A DNA stretch of 64,000 bases, taken from the NCBI GenBank assembly GCA_002633005.1, contig NMRA01000192.1, forward strand, positions 233,503 through 297,502. The letters are read 5' to 3'. Source of the DNA: Phoronis australis (Eukaryota > Animalia > Phoronida). Positions 27,083 to 40,300 of this stretch are shown here, one piece after another. The notes beneath the pieces were generated by a model. That model saw only the letters and a program-made list of their open reading frames with translations. It made no database searches and was not told the origin of the DNA. Made by a program: the position numbers and the translations under genes. How positions within the stretch are numbered: the first letter of the stretch is position 1; each line of letters opens with the position of its first letter.

Positions 27083-28122
27083 AGTAGTATAGTAAGAGGT
27101 TTTGGAGTCTTATTTTGAGGCTCCTAGGTCAAAGGTCATGTGAAAGGAGGTCACGTGGTATAACTGCGATCGTGACATCTACCGGACGGATGTGTCAATG
27201 ACGTCATGACGTCATAGATTTAATTAGAGAGACACCTCGTTTTGCGGCTCCTAGCAACGGATTGAAACAAAAGAAGGATGATAACAAAACGTGGATTACC
27301 TTAGTTCGTGTGCCTGTCGTTGTATATTGTGTGTTTGTTTCATCAAAAACAAAAGGCGTATTCAACCCAACAACAGATGTCGTGTAAAGTCTAACCCAGG
27401 ACCCGACGGTACTGAGCGAATCGTACTCGTAATACTGTGAAGAAGCGACCAGCTAACGCAGAACATAAGACCGATAGCGTTTAAACGTGTATTAATGACA
27501 AACCAACACTACAAATATCATACAAATATAAAATCATCAAAACGTTCAGTAGTCTATAGCAAATTGTTCAAATGTCCGAATTAAATGTTCAAATCATCAA
27601 AACGTTCAGAAAAGTAGTCTATAGCAAATTTATCAAATGTCCGAATTAAATGTTCAAAGGTCCAGTGGTGACGCCGTCGTCGAACACTTGTCGTTTGGGG
27701 TAAAAATAGGTGAACGCACACCTCTCTTGCAGGTAAGTATACATGGTGTTGTCACCGCCTAACCGGAATCCTTTGTTGAGGGCCGAGCTACTCTTTGTGG
27801 TCTGTAATACCTTCAGATACCTCGCCTTGTCTATTGCATTTCTTTGTCTTTGCACTCCTTTACAGCTAAAGTGGGATTGACCGTCGTCCGCCCCCACGTA
27901 ATAGGTTTTAGAGCAAAGGGCGATGCAGTAGTCCCCTTCAAATTCCAGTTTCAATAAACCGGGTGTGCGCGTGTCGTAAGCTTCGTTTTCTTCCGTGTCC
28001 GTTCGCGGGAACCAAAGATGTTTTTCCCTCTCGAAAGCTGCTCGCATGTCTGGTTTTATTACGTCCTCAAGGCAGTTACCGGATATAGCCATGTACGCCG
28101 AGTCCGTGTCCATTTCGCAATA
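27083..28122. mobile_element. Terminal ~1 kb of a Polinton/Maverick (adintovirus-like) element
   Basis: Begins with AGTAGT exactly where homology to copy B ends; contains the pPolB C-terminus; truncated by the N at 28123. Confidence 0.8.
27646..28122 (-). CDS. Protein-primed family-B DNA polymerase, C-terminal part (Polinton type)
   Basis: YCEMDTDSAY (motif C), PGLLKLE, IALCSKTYY (KxY), SCKGV, NKGFR, YFYPKR...DGVTTGPL*; open frame to stop. Confidence 0.9.
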   Translation of the reverse strand, partial: YCEMDTDSAYMAISGNCLEDVIKPDMRAAFEREKHLWFPRTDTEENEAYDTRTPGLLKLEFEGDYCIALCSKTYYVGADDGQSHFSCKGVQRQRNAIDKARYLKVLQTTKSSSALNKGFRLGGDNTMYTYLQERCAFTYFYPKRQVFDDGVTTGPLNI

Positions 28123-28123
28123 N

Positions 28124-31100
28124 ATTTGATTGAATGACGTGATTCGATTGCGTTTTTGCAAAGTTTAAGCGTTAAGTGCGAATGTAGCAAAGCAGTAATT
28201 ACTGTAAGTTCATGTCAATGAGTTTGAATTCAATACCAGTTCGATCATTAAGCTAATTTTATCCTCGGCGCATCGTAGCAAGCCATATAACTGTGGTTGA
28301 TTCCCAATATTTATGAAATTTAGTAAATTAGAATTAGTGTATTTTAGATTAGCAAGCGTGAGGTTGGTTTTTTTCCCAACATAACATTTACTATTGCCTT
28401 TGATTAACTAATGTGATATTGTCTATTAGATCTGACCCAGCTTAAGTCACGAATTTTCAAATTCTACCGGTTATAAATCATGGTCTGGTGCTAAAACGAC
28501 TTTCTTCACACACATATCGCAAAAGCACTGATTCATGGTATTCTTCTCGACTGTTCATTTTGAAATTGGTTGCAATGAACTGGTAAACTATTTCGCCATA
28601 TCATGTAACTTAATGACTATTGCGTGAAGGTGTAGCAACCTTTCAGTTCTTCTTTAGTCTAGAAATCACAAGATGACAGTCATTTTATAACGTTCTGTCA
28701 GGAGATGCTGGTGTGTTACTCTTTCATGGGGATCAAAAAGCCGTAACGCAGTCGTTGTTTTACGACATTGACTAATATATAGGACATTTGAAAATAACTT
28801 ATTAATCCACTAACAGATTATTTAATTGGTTTTGCATAGAGTTTACAGGCTTTTGATAATAAATTGCGACACTGATTTTCACATTGACGTTAAAATGATG
28901 CGGTGCTTCGTAATCGGATGGGCGATGTTTTCGGCATTTGTCAGATGTTGTAGCGTAAATTTTATTAATGTTACCTTGGCCTATTTTTTACTCAACGATG
29001 TTTCACGATTTTTGAGAGGATATATGTAGCGCGATTTCACTTGGATCCTTATCCGCGCTTCTCTCCTACGTGAAAGACGTGCTGGTGTTTTCCTTTCATA
29101 AATAATTTCCCCACCCATTACCAGCCCTTGCGGGTTTTCGCCGTCTTTTGTTGGTTTGAAAAATAGTTTAGTACATTATATCCATTTCTTACATTAAACA
29201 TCTCAAACCTATGTTATTTCTAATTCAACATGTCATTAGATATTGTGTGAGTTTTTCGTTCAATTTTTGAAATTTACAATCTTAAGTCCAAGCTCATAAC
29301 AGTCACACGATGTCGTTGGCGTGATTTTTTGTCCCCACAGCACGATGTGGGAGGCATAGTATTCTGCATGTCACACAATGGCGTTGGAATGACGTATAAA
29401 AATGGAAGCTGCATACTTTGTTCATATTTTACACTGAGGTGTAGGTAGGACATCTCCAAGCGACAGTTGATATTGTTTTGAATAGGGGTCCTGCCATGCT
29501 CTTAAATTCCCCTTGTATTTTTACAAACATTATCAATAGTTGAGTTCCCTGAATCAGTTGACAGGCTTATTTTTTTATGTCATGCTTTGCTCATTTCTTT
29601 TTGGTGTGACCCCAAGGTTCATTTCTACTGTTGAGGACCAAGCCAATGACTTGTTGCTTCTGTTTGTTTTGTAATTGATCTCAACTTTAACAGGTGTTGG
29701 ATGATATCAAAGGGATTTTATGAAGCATACCTGTATTATTGTACTTACTTCATTGATATTGAGACTTACTGTACAGTCTGCACACGCCAGGCTGATGTTT
29801 AGTGTATACATTGTTTCAGTGATTATTAAGTAATCCTGAAGTTGATATAAGTTGATGTAATCTGAAGTTTCATATTGTATTAACAAAATAAGAAATGAAT
29901 CTCTCTCTGCTTGTTGCATGTAGAGATGTGTCAATGGCTTAGCTCAAAACACATCACAGCCGCAAATTCAGTAACAGTCAAGCTATGTTCTCCACACGTT
30001 CTTCTGTTGCTGGCAATGCTTTAAAAAATAAAACCGAGACCGGCAAGACATCTTTTATTTATGCTGCTGCTGCAATATGGGACTATCTTATCCTGAAACT
30101 AAACGGTCCAATAAAATTAATACTCTCACTATTCAGTATCATCTCTCTATTTATTTCATCTCTCTTAGACAAATTGTTATCATCCTTCGTCATTTATTTA
30201 TTATCTAAATTCTCAACCTGTTTTAAATGTTTCTTTGTCACATGTATTTAATTATTGCTTTACTGCGTTATTGTATTATACTACTGTTTTATAGTTTGTT
30301 GTTGAGGGCCCTTTTGGAAGGCAATGCTGACACTGAAGACGCCACTCTTATTTCTCAAATTGCAATAAATATATTAGATAGTCGGTGCTTTAGTCGTATT
30401 TACTCTTAAACCATGGTGTTATAGTTGTAATGTCATGGTCTTTGCATTTTAGCGTGAACAAAAGAATAATTTTTTATCCTATTTATTCAGCTGTTAAATG
30501 ACTGTAATTTGCACTTTGGTTACGGCTGGTTGGAAAAAAGAAAAGAACAATTGTGATAGGTTGTATATCAGAAAAAAACATGTGTATTATCGTATTCTGG
30601 GTTATGAAAAGATATGGATACGAATTTTCAAAGCAGCGCATTATGTAAACACCGACACATTGATTTACGTCTCGGTTTATTGGCTCTCGTGTACCTGTAC
30701 AGTCTGTTCTCCACCTGTGTCAACTGACTGGAATATTGTGAACTTTTGTTTTGAGAATGGTTTAGATACAATAACCGAAACATCGATAAATATGTCGTTT
30801 TAAAGGTATGCACATTTTTTTTCTATAATCATAATGGTACTGGTCCGATTCTACCTCCAATAATAAATATGTTGTTGATCATATTTGTGTTAACCTGGAA
30901 CCTCACATCTTAAATATGTGCATTTGCCTGTTGTATGTATCTGTATACGTGTTTTAAAATAAACACTGTACTATCAGATATGTGTCACTTATTTTCTATA
31001 TGATTTCATTTCATCTAAAATAATTGCAGTGTAAATAAAACCAACCATTTGGGATGTGCCATTTTGGCAAAATTTGTTCTCAGCCAATGTATCTTTCATA

Positions 31101-34100
31101 TAGGAGGTTTTTGATTGTCCTCCATATGAAATTTCGGATCAAATGACAGGTCACAAATAGATCTAACCAGTTCTTAACTGAGGCAGTCCAGCCAGCTGGC
31201 TCTCTACTCTGTTGGCAGGGAATGGGGGTAACTGAAACTTGCGCTTCAGTTAACAAAGAAAATTGGGCTTTGGCTTGAATTTTCACCAAGAATAAGTCCG
31301 TCATGTTAGGATCAAGATAATTCTGGATAAGTCTCAAAAATAACACATATGCTGCTGTTGCTCTGACGGAACTAACATGCGCATGGCCGCATTTGAAAGC
31401 ATAGATTAGTTTTAATTCACTGAACTTTCGTGAATTCTGATAACGTCATGGGATTTTCCAGGTTTTTCGTCTCATTAGCTATATAAACCCCGGAAACTTT
31501 GCAATTCCTAACACATCATTATGGATGCGGCAAAGACGTGTTATTGGATCGAAGCGGAAAACTTTTCCGTAAACAAGTCAGACGAATTGGGAAAAGGGGC
31601 GTTTGGGACAGTGTATAGTGGCAGACATAATCTCACACACAGCAAGGTAGCGGTTAAAGAAGTAAGTTTACTCTAAATATACTGATATAGCACGTATACC
31701 TACAGTAATAATAACAAGTCTACGAATTCTGCGAGAAGTTCAGAATTTATGCATTTCATCGATGTACAATATCCTCCGTCAAAGTAGCTCCATTATATTC
31801 ACTGAACATAGGAAAAATGGTGAAAACATCAAACTAATCTACAAGTATTTGCAATTTTTGGTATGGAAATTATAAGCAAACACACAATTTTGCATAATGT
31901 CGTATTTAATTTTATATTTAAAATGCTCAAAGATGTTAAGATTACTTAACAACTAAAAATTGGTATCCATTTCTGGCTACTACACTAAAGGTGTTATTTC
32001 AACAAACAAAAACAATTTTCATCTCACAACAGTGCGCTCATCACTTGAATTGCAATAACCCGCAAATGTGCTTGAATTTTGCCGCCCGGATACGATAACA
32101 AATTTTCCCTGGCAGTTGCCATATGCCACTTCGACGGGAAAAATACTAACTTGCTTATTAACTTTAATTTTCAATCATTAAACACAATATATTCAAGACC
32201 CAAGAATCATTTACAATGTACAGTCCATACCTCTGTTGTTTAAAATTTAAAATTCCGCAATTGAAAACGGGGGACAGTGTAGTGAATTGTAGTTCATGAG
32301 CTGAATGTCAGCGATTGAAAATTATTGTAGTGACAGGAAAGGTAACTTTTCAATATCTTGAGAACACGGACTTCATCTATCCAAACAGCAATGATCGCGG
32401 CCATCAAACTTTTTCCTTTTACCATAAGGCGACTCTCCGAAACCCCTCATCCCCAACCTCATCCCGTGCTTATAATGCTGCCTAGCTTTCAAATGATCTT
32501 TAACGCTACTTTATCAATTAATAGACAAACACTGTATTTTCATCATGATTTCCTATGAATTCCTGATACATTGTTTACGTGTACGAATTGTCGGCACATT
32601 CTGTTCGCAAACAAAAACTAAAAAATTAATCTGACTTATATAACGTTTACAACATCAACGCACGCGTTTTAGAAAAGGTTACTATACTCATTAGTTGTGT
32701 TGCTATTTTTGTAGTATTCTTATTACGTCAATACCAAAAATTTTTTTGGACGTAGAAGATAAATGTCACCCACTGAGGATTAAGGTACAACAAAGAAGTC
32801 GTCTTACACGCCATATGTTGGTCAAATCACCTGAGTTCAGTCTGAAGTCTCTGTTATTCCTTATCAACGGGCTGACTTATATATAGGCGGATTTAAGGGT
32901 GGAGCCCAGCCCCCCCCCACCTTGGCTGCCGCAAGCAAAATGAAACAGCAACAGCGTGAAGCGTAAAGAATTATTGAGTTCAGTAAATAGGACCGGTAGC
33001 GGCGGAAGCGTGATCCCGTTTTTTTATTCCATCGATACATTTTCATCCTGGGCCCTTTCGAATTCCGAGCTGCCTGTGCACATAAAACACCGCTTTATCC
33101 AATTCCCCGAGGCAACATGTTGCCCCCCTCACCCGTTATGGTATCCTAGATCAGCCACTCTTATAACAGCACTGAGCAATGCATGGGCTGCGCAGCACTG
33201 AAAAAGTGAAGTGCTATAGCCCACCAGTCCCCCTTCTGGCGAACCGCCCATAGACTATCGGCGGCGTAGCGCTTAAAATATTGTGGGCTATAGCTCCCCT
33301 AGCCTCCTATGGTGCGCCGCCCATGTAATGTAATCAGAACAATGCAGGGATATTTACACGATTATTCTCGCATACAATCATTCAACTTACCACGGATAGA
33401 TTTATTATTGTGACTTTCTAAATGTTATTGAGCTTTATAAGCTATTAATGTATTTTGTGCTGACACAATAACCTCGCGTTGAGACAACCTCGTCCCCAAG
33501 CCTCAAGATGGCGCTTAACGGTTTAGCCATCTACATATAAATTGCTTCCTCAGAAGAAATAAAAACCACAAGTAAGTTGTTGACTAGACTAAAAACTACT
33601 GTCAGTCTTACAGCAGAAGAACGTCAGTTGACTGACTTCTTAATAATACCGTAATTAAATCCGAACCCACAATGATCAGTTCCGGAGTTGCTTTGAAAAA
33701 TATTATTTGAAACACTGACTGAGCTCCTTTGAGGAATAAAAACTGAAAACTTCTGGTGTCAGGGTCTCTTTTAAAAATGCACGAAGTATTCATTTCTACC
33801 TAATTCAATAGATTGTCGAGTGATTTTGATCTCGAATCTCATTGAAAGGTTCTTAAAAGCCCTCACTTGTGACGAACTAGATCCGAGTGATACTCAGTAA
33901 ATTTGACTTTAAGTCGGAAGTGAAATTGGTCAAATAATGACTGAATAACAAGACTGTCTATTCAACTGAGCTAAGGGTGTTTTACAAAGGTAAACAATAC
34001 AAGAATAGCAACGAATATGCACGGTCAGAACAATTAAGTAAAGTAGTCGCTATATAACAGAAATATTCTAGCAACTTGCGAAAATAGTGAAAAGAAATTC

Positions 34101-34307
34101 AGGCAAGGAAAAACGAATATGCACGTTCAGAATAATCGAGTAAAGTCGCTGTGCAATAAAAAATATTCTGATAACTTGCAAAAATAGTGAAAAAATTAGG
34201 CAGGGAAAAACTAAGACACCGTGGTCTCCGTCGACTTTGTCAGGCAGCCATTACCAACAAAGAGCGACTGCCTATTTCTTACAAAATACCAACTGCTAAC
34301 GAAATAA
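28124..34307 (+). repeat. Copy B of the ~6-kb duplication; 32458-34307 inverted relative to copy A 25614-27082
   Basis: Collinear to ...ttaccataag (A 25560 / B 32428), then reverse-complement matches (e.g. ORFs 25504- vs 34187+, 26781- vs 32358+). Confidence 0.9.
31450..31487 (+). promoter_or_regulatory. NF-kB site (GGGATTTTCC 31450-31459) and TATA box (31480-31487) of kinase copy B
   Basis: Both motifs identical to copy A although neighbouring bases differ. Confidence 0.6.
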
Positions 34308-37300
34308 GGTTACCGGCTCGACTAAAAACTCTAAAAGCAGTAAGGGAAGTATTCTTCTTTGAACATGTGGTTGTTCTCGCTTGAGACATCCTATATCCGC
34401 CGTGCGGGTTGCAAAAGTCATGCTGCCGCTAATGTGGAAAACCGTATGTTTAGGACATCTTGCGTCTTGTTTGTAAATATTCTAAAGCATGCGCCACCCA
34501 GCCTGAAATATAGGGGTCTCGGATTCTTGAAGATGTGGACCTTTTCCTAACAAAAAGTACGGGGGACTAAAAAAAAAAGAATAAATGGTTAACCACTCCC
34601 GCAGCCGTGTGCGTTGGCGCCTCTTCAGTGGACTTTTGTCTCGTTTTCTCGAACTTCTTGTTCCTCTGAGGCGGATCTTTTTTGCCCATTTTGCCAAATG
34701 GGGGGCTCGTTCGAGCCCCCCCCCCGAGCCCCCCGGGTGCGTGCATGTAAAGTCTACTCTCTGTATTTTGATTTGAATTTATCTTTGCGCCTGTTCTTGT
34801 GAAAAACCTAGTACATTTAGATTCTCCGTTTCTGTGAAAAAATGGACGCAAGGCTATCTGAGCCCAGTTCTAATGGGCAAACAAAACATTTCGGTACTCA
34901 GGGTATAAAGTGGATCTCTCTCACTGTCATTGGCCTTTTGCTTTATTTTCAGGTTCTTTTTGCTATGTATTTATAATATTGTCAATATTCGTATTTGAGG
35001 AGATTACAAGTGGGTTTAATATTGAAAATAAATTTCACTACTAAACGCGTTGCAGGTCAAAATACGCTGTAGGTCTCAAAAAAGAAAATCGAAACCAAAA
35101 ACAATGACAAAGTTACAGTAGTTGGCCGGCTGTTCCTGTCTGGAAAATCTTGGCAAGATTTTTGGAAAAATCAGCTTAAATTTAAAAAAAATGGTAGGAA
35201 TTTAAAAACAAACTTTGAGGAAATACTTTCAAAAATGCCAAAACGTTTGGCACACATTACCAAGTTGTTAAGAGAGTCTTGGCAAGATGAAAACTGTTGG
35301 AAAAGGTTTTAAAATAGTTGCAACATTTCATTAGCTTGAAGAATATATCATGGTCTTAGAGTGAAAATACGGTATGGTTTTCCGCAGCTTTGGCATTCTA
35401 TATGATGTGTCATTCTATAAATTCTAAGCTCCCGGAATTGCACTTAGGTGATCCAAGTACATTTTTCTAGATATGTTTTCACAGGTCACAATCAAAGACG
35501 ACAAAACCGGAAGCAATGCTGCACGGGAACTCAAGACTCTCCACGGGTTGAAAGAGCATGAAAATATCGTTGCTTTTCTGGATTTCTTTTTTTCCCACAA
35601 CTCACTATGGATGGTGATGGAGTACTGTGACATGGGCAACTTGGCAGAGTATTATCAAAAATACCAGCCGATACACATCTCAACCAACGTTTCCTTTATG
35701 CGCCAAGTAGCCTCGGCCATAACCCACTTGCACGCCCTATCCAAACCCATCGTTCACAGAGATATCAAGCCAGCCAACATCCTGGTGAAGTACTGCGGAG
35801 ATAAACCAGTTGTCAAGGTAATGTATTAAAACTGAGATTCTGAATAGCCGACACCATCACCAGCCAACAAACTTAGTAACTTTATTCCTTCTTAGAATTT
35901 TTCCAAGTACTGGCATGATATGCGGACATGCCCACAGAAACGCCATAACACGGACTTTTTCCAGAGGGAAGACGTGTTTTTTACCAGTAAATTCATTGCG
36001 CTATTTCTTGCGCCTATCATCAACTAAATGCTGAATTCTTTGCTTGCGGGCGATCGTCATAAGCTCAGTGCGTCCGAATTAAGCATACCGAAACATATTT
36101 TCCCATCTGATCATACTAAACCGCCTTCATTGTATATTTTAATAGGCGTTAGCATCGTGAACTCATGTTGTTAGAGTGAAAAAAATGTGAACACTAGCCT
36201 GACGTGGGTTGATGTATAGGAGTTCAAATCTTAGGGCTACAGAGGTGTGCTACCCCTAGAGAGAGACAGGTCAATTAAATAGAGTAGGGTAACATTTGCG
36301 AAAGGGATTGAGCTTACTAACACGAAGAAAACCCGAAATTACGGTTACTTATATTTCAAACTGACTATTATTTCTCTTATGGATGTACATAGGTCTTCCC
36401 ACAAATATAGGAATACAACATACAGAGGAATACTACTATGATATCCTAACTCGAATTCCTTTCATTTGGAAATATCCCGTTGGTACATGCATAACTTAAT
36501 TATCCCAATTCATTTTCATCGCGGAGACATCTTGCTGCCGTATGTGCTGTGTTTTGTTGTCATATGATGTCATGTACTTGTACATGTGTAATACGCTAAG
36601 CGTAACTTTGCTAGTTATCCCGTTTTGCGTGAACTTCGCGTGTGCGTAAACTTGGAATTGAACATTCACTTTAGCAATAACGTGAATTTTTTTGTTCAGT
36701 GTAAATATTTTTTGTAATTATTGGCCTCAAGATAACCCATTTCCCGTTTACTGTAACTTATATAAAGGAATCGGAGGAATATGTGAATGCTTAAATCAAT
36801 TATTCTTCAGTGAATAAGATCGCCAATAGTTGACAAAAGATTAACTAAAACTTTTGACATTTTACTAACATGTAATTTGATTTAGTGCAGTGCAAAGTCT
36901 TATGGACGTGAACCTGATTATTTGAATGAACTTGTCAAGTTTCCCCGCGTATTCCATGTTCACGCATACGCGATCCTAGGATTAAGCAAGATTCAGTCCC
37001 CAATTCAGACACAGAAACTCAACATCTGTGCCAACTGGTTGGATATTGCACCATTGATGTTATAGACTCTGATCACCTGCTTTGCCATTTACCCTATTGC
37101 TACGTTGTGAATGTTTACTATGATGTCTCACTAATCATGGAGGTCTCATTTTATTTCTTGCTTTCGATATACATGTATATGTATGTATTACACATTCGGT
37201 CTGATATAATTTTAAAACAAATTTTCTATCTAAGTTACCTAACAACGAATGTCGCATCGTTTTAACGAATTCTGCATCTGATTGTAACTTTGGCTATGAT

Positions 37301-40300
37301 TTTCAAACAAGAAAGTTATACGACCTCGAATTGCAGGTAACCGATTTTGGTGTGTCAAAGATTGCAACAAACGACATATCCGTGGCTAAACTGCACCTGA
37401 CATCGACATCTGTAGGAGCACCGTTATACCTGGCCCCTGAACAATACGGCGACGATGGGTACACATACAAAGTAGACATATTCTCGACTGGTCTCCTTTT
37501 CCTAGGCATGCTTTCCTACAAAGACAATGACCAATTAGCTCCAATTTTAGGTAAAATTGCTTATGATAGTGAAACATAAAAAGTGGGGTTGAGTGGCCCA
37601 GACTAATCTCTCATGCGTTCAATGCGCAATCAAAATATTATTCAAAGTAATTATGCATAAGTCGAGTACTTGTAAAATGTATGAGCATTACATTCAAAAT
37701 ACCAAGGGAGTTTTCAGTTATTTTCTGTATAATATACATACATGTACAGCTAGTTAATGCGAGTTGCAGAGTGATTTTTAAGCATGGACGAGTATTTTTG
37801 TTACATATATATACCTTGTAGTTCAGTGAAACCAAAACATCGAATGATATGTAAAGTTAGTTGATTGACTGTTTTTGAACTGAGTAAGGTTAATGTTAAA
37901 GTCTGCAAGAATGGTCATTTCTCCGGTTTATTGTACACTTTAGGTGTTCTGAGAGGGTGAGAAACACAGTTTGAAACCATGACTCGTTTAATAATATACG
38001 AATGAATGACGTAAGCTGTGTCGGCCGAGGAAACTAATTTGGCTGTGTTAAATTTATATCACAGGAAAGGGGAGCAAAATTCCGGTTGGTATAGCGTTGA
38101 TAAATACCCCAAATAAGAAGATTGTCCCCGAAGAGACTGACGATGACGACAGAGCTACCAAGTCTTTGAAGAAGTTGATTGCACAAATGATTGCTGTTGA
38201 CCCTGATAAAAGACAGGAGATGGCGCAGGTGGTGCAGAAACTAACAGAAATATTTGGTATGCGTACTTTGTTTTTTTTCCTTTGGTTCGTATATGCTTTT
38301 GTTTTTATTACTCTAATCATGGAGATAGTTGACAGGAAAGTGAAGAAAGTTGCCTCCTCCTTCAGCTCGAACAACAATAATTAATTTGTTAGTGGGAAAA
38401 ATAATTCCCTCGTCATTAAATCTCTTTTGGTGGCATTGTTAAGAGTTCTCTGAGGCCAACTATGGGTATAGCTTTAAAGTGGAACTTGCACGCTAATTCC
38501 TTATCTCTGTTATTGATTGGTCAAATTAGAAACACAACATATAGCGACGATGTGAATATGAAGTTGGGTGAAAATTGCTAAATTGTTTTAAGAACTAATT
38601 ATGTATAGAAAATAACCCGCTGTAAATCATTCAACCGTGTCCAGTAATTATCGTTACGTGGTGTTGGGAAATAACTCTGTATGATACGTGGGCTATGTGA
38701 GTCCCCAAAGCACGTCATTAGTGCTAAGGCCACTTAGTTGCTGAATTTTTTGTTTTCACATTTACAGGTTGTCAATGAATATAATCTGTTCTTTGTTTAG
38801 CGTAGACGATGTTCAAATACCATTGTCTTTTAGTTCCTGCTGTAGATTAATGTAGTTAGGAGCATGCAAAAAGTCGACGTTTCCTTTCCATTGGCTGAAG
38901 AAATTCGGGCGATCTGTATGTTGTGCTTTCCCAGCAGTGATATGCAGGCATAGCTATGGTCATGGATCGCCATGTGCAGAATTGAGTGGAATGAAATCGT
39001 GACAAAATGTTTAGGTCAAAATCTATGGTTCTGTAGAGATTTGGCTAATTACACACACTTGTCGACAGTGACCTATATATTAACCAGCAGTGACCTATAT
39101 ATTAACCAGCAGACGATTTTTGGAAATGGGAAATTACGCCGTCCAAATGAACTTACGTTTTAGCAACTTAGTAACTCGCTTCGGTTAGGTCATTTTTCTT
39201 TCATGTTACGTTGGGGGTGCTGTAGATATCGATTAAGTCGTGAGACAGCTTGACTTGGGTTACTCCGCAGAAATTTGTATTGGTTGTCAGTAGTGAAGTA
39301 GTTTAGTTTTTAGAGCCCCTTAGGTCACAGCTTCCACCACCGCCGCCACGCCCTAAGCTGTCAGAAGAAGAGGAAAAACAAAACGAAGAGAAGAAAGACG
39401 ATCAAGAGAGTGAAAAACAACACAAAGAAAAAGAAGAAGAAAAAGAAGAATCTGAAGATGAAGATACAGATGATGAAGAGTCGTCTGAGGAGTCAGATCT
39501 ACTTTATCTACTGATTCGCCAAGCAGCTGTTCAGTGCGCCGAAGAACGACTGAAACAAGAAAAACAAGCCAAAGCCGCTCGCGAAGAACTCATGAAAGGG
39601 TTGCAATTGCCCCTCGTCCACTTGTTAATGAGACTACAAACAGACGATGTGCAGGACGAGGAGAAAGGACAGGCAATGCGACAATTGCAAGTATGTGATA
39701 TTTTAGTTTGGTCTTCTTAGGTGGGGGACTAAGGGGTCCTCCAGTTATGACCAAAAAATAACACTACAAACGTTGATGGTGTAGTCACGCCGGTACTCTG
39801 AAAGGTTGTCTTTCGGAAATCGTGTTGCCCCCTTTTTTGGGGTCATCCTATAATGTAGATCTTCCAGCTCAAATGTAAACTTGACTTGACTGAATTAGTC
39901 TCATGTTGTTCCGAGTATTTCGTTTGTTATGGGCTTACATGTTTTAATGTCCCCATTTACAGTTGAAAACCGGGGATCGCGTGAGAATCGATGATTGTGC
40001 AGGCGATGTTAATAAAGCGGAAATTCTGCAGCAAGCATACGGTGGTTGGGTGTCAAGGATGGAGAAGGTGAGTACATCGACTACAAGTACTTGTTGTAAT
40101 ATTGAGCTGTGCATCAAAACATAGGACGAAATAGTACAGTGGCGGATCTAGGATATCTTAAGGGGGGCAACATTTTCCCTAGTAGATTTTAGAGTGGCGC
40201 AAAGCCGAATAGGGGTAGGCCGGGGGGGTTGGGTTTTCGTCCCTTCTGTTCAGAGGAAAATTTTGTTTTTGACTGTGAAATTAAGCATTTACCTCAAAAT

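Noticed and set aside
28123-28161. N-terminal MQKRNRITSFNQ of the PolB ORF
   Set aside because: Lies across the N junction in duplicated host DNA; not part of the polymerase.
33600-34300. Coding-like AT-rich stretch in the inverted segment (possible transposase relic)
   Set aside because: Stops in all frames and no motif I can name with confidence.
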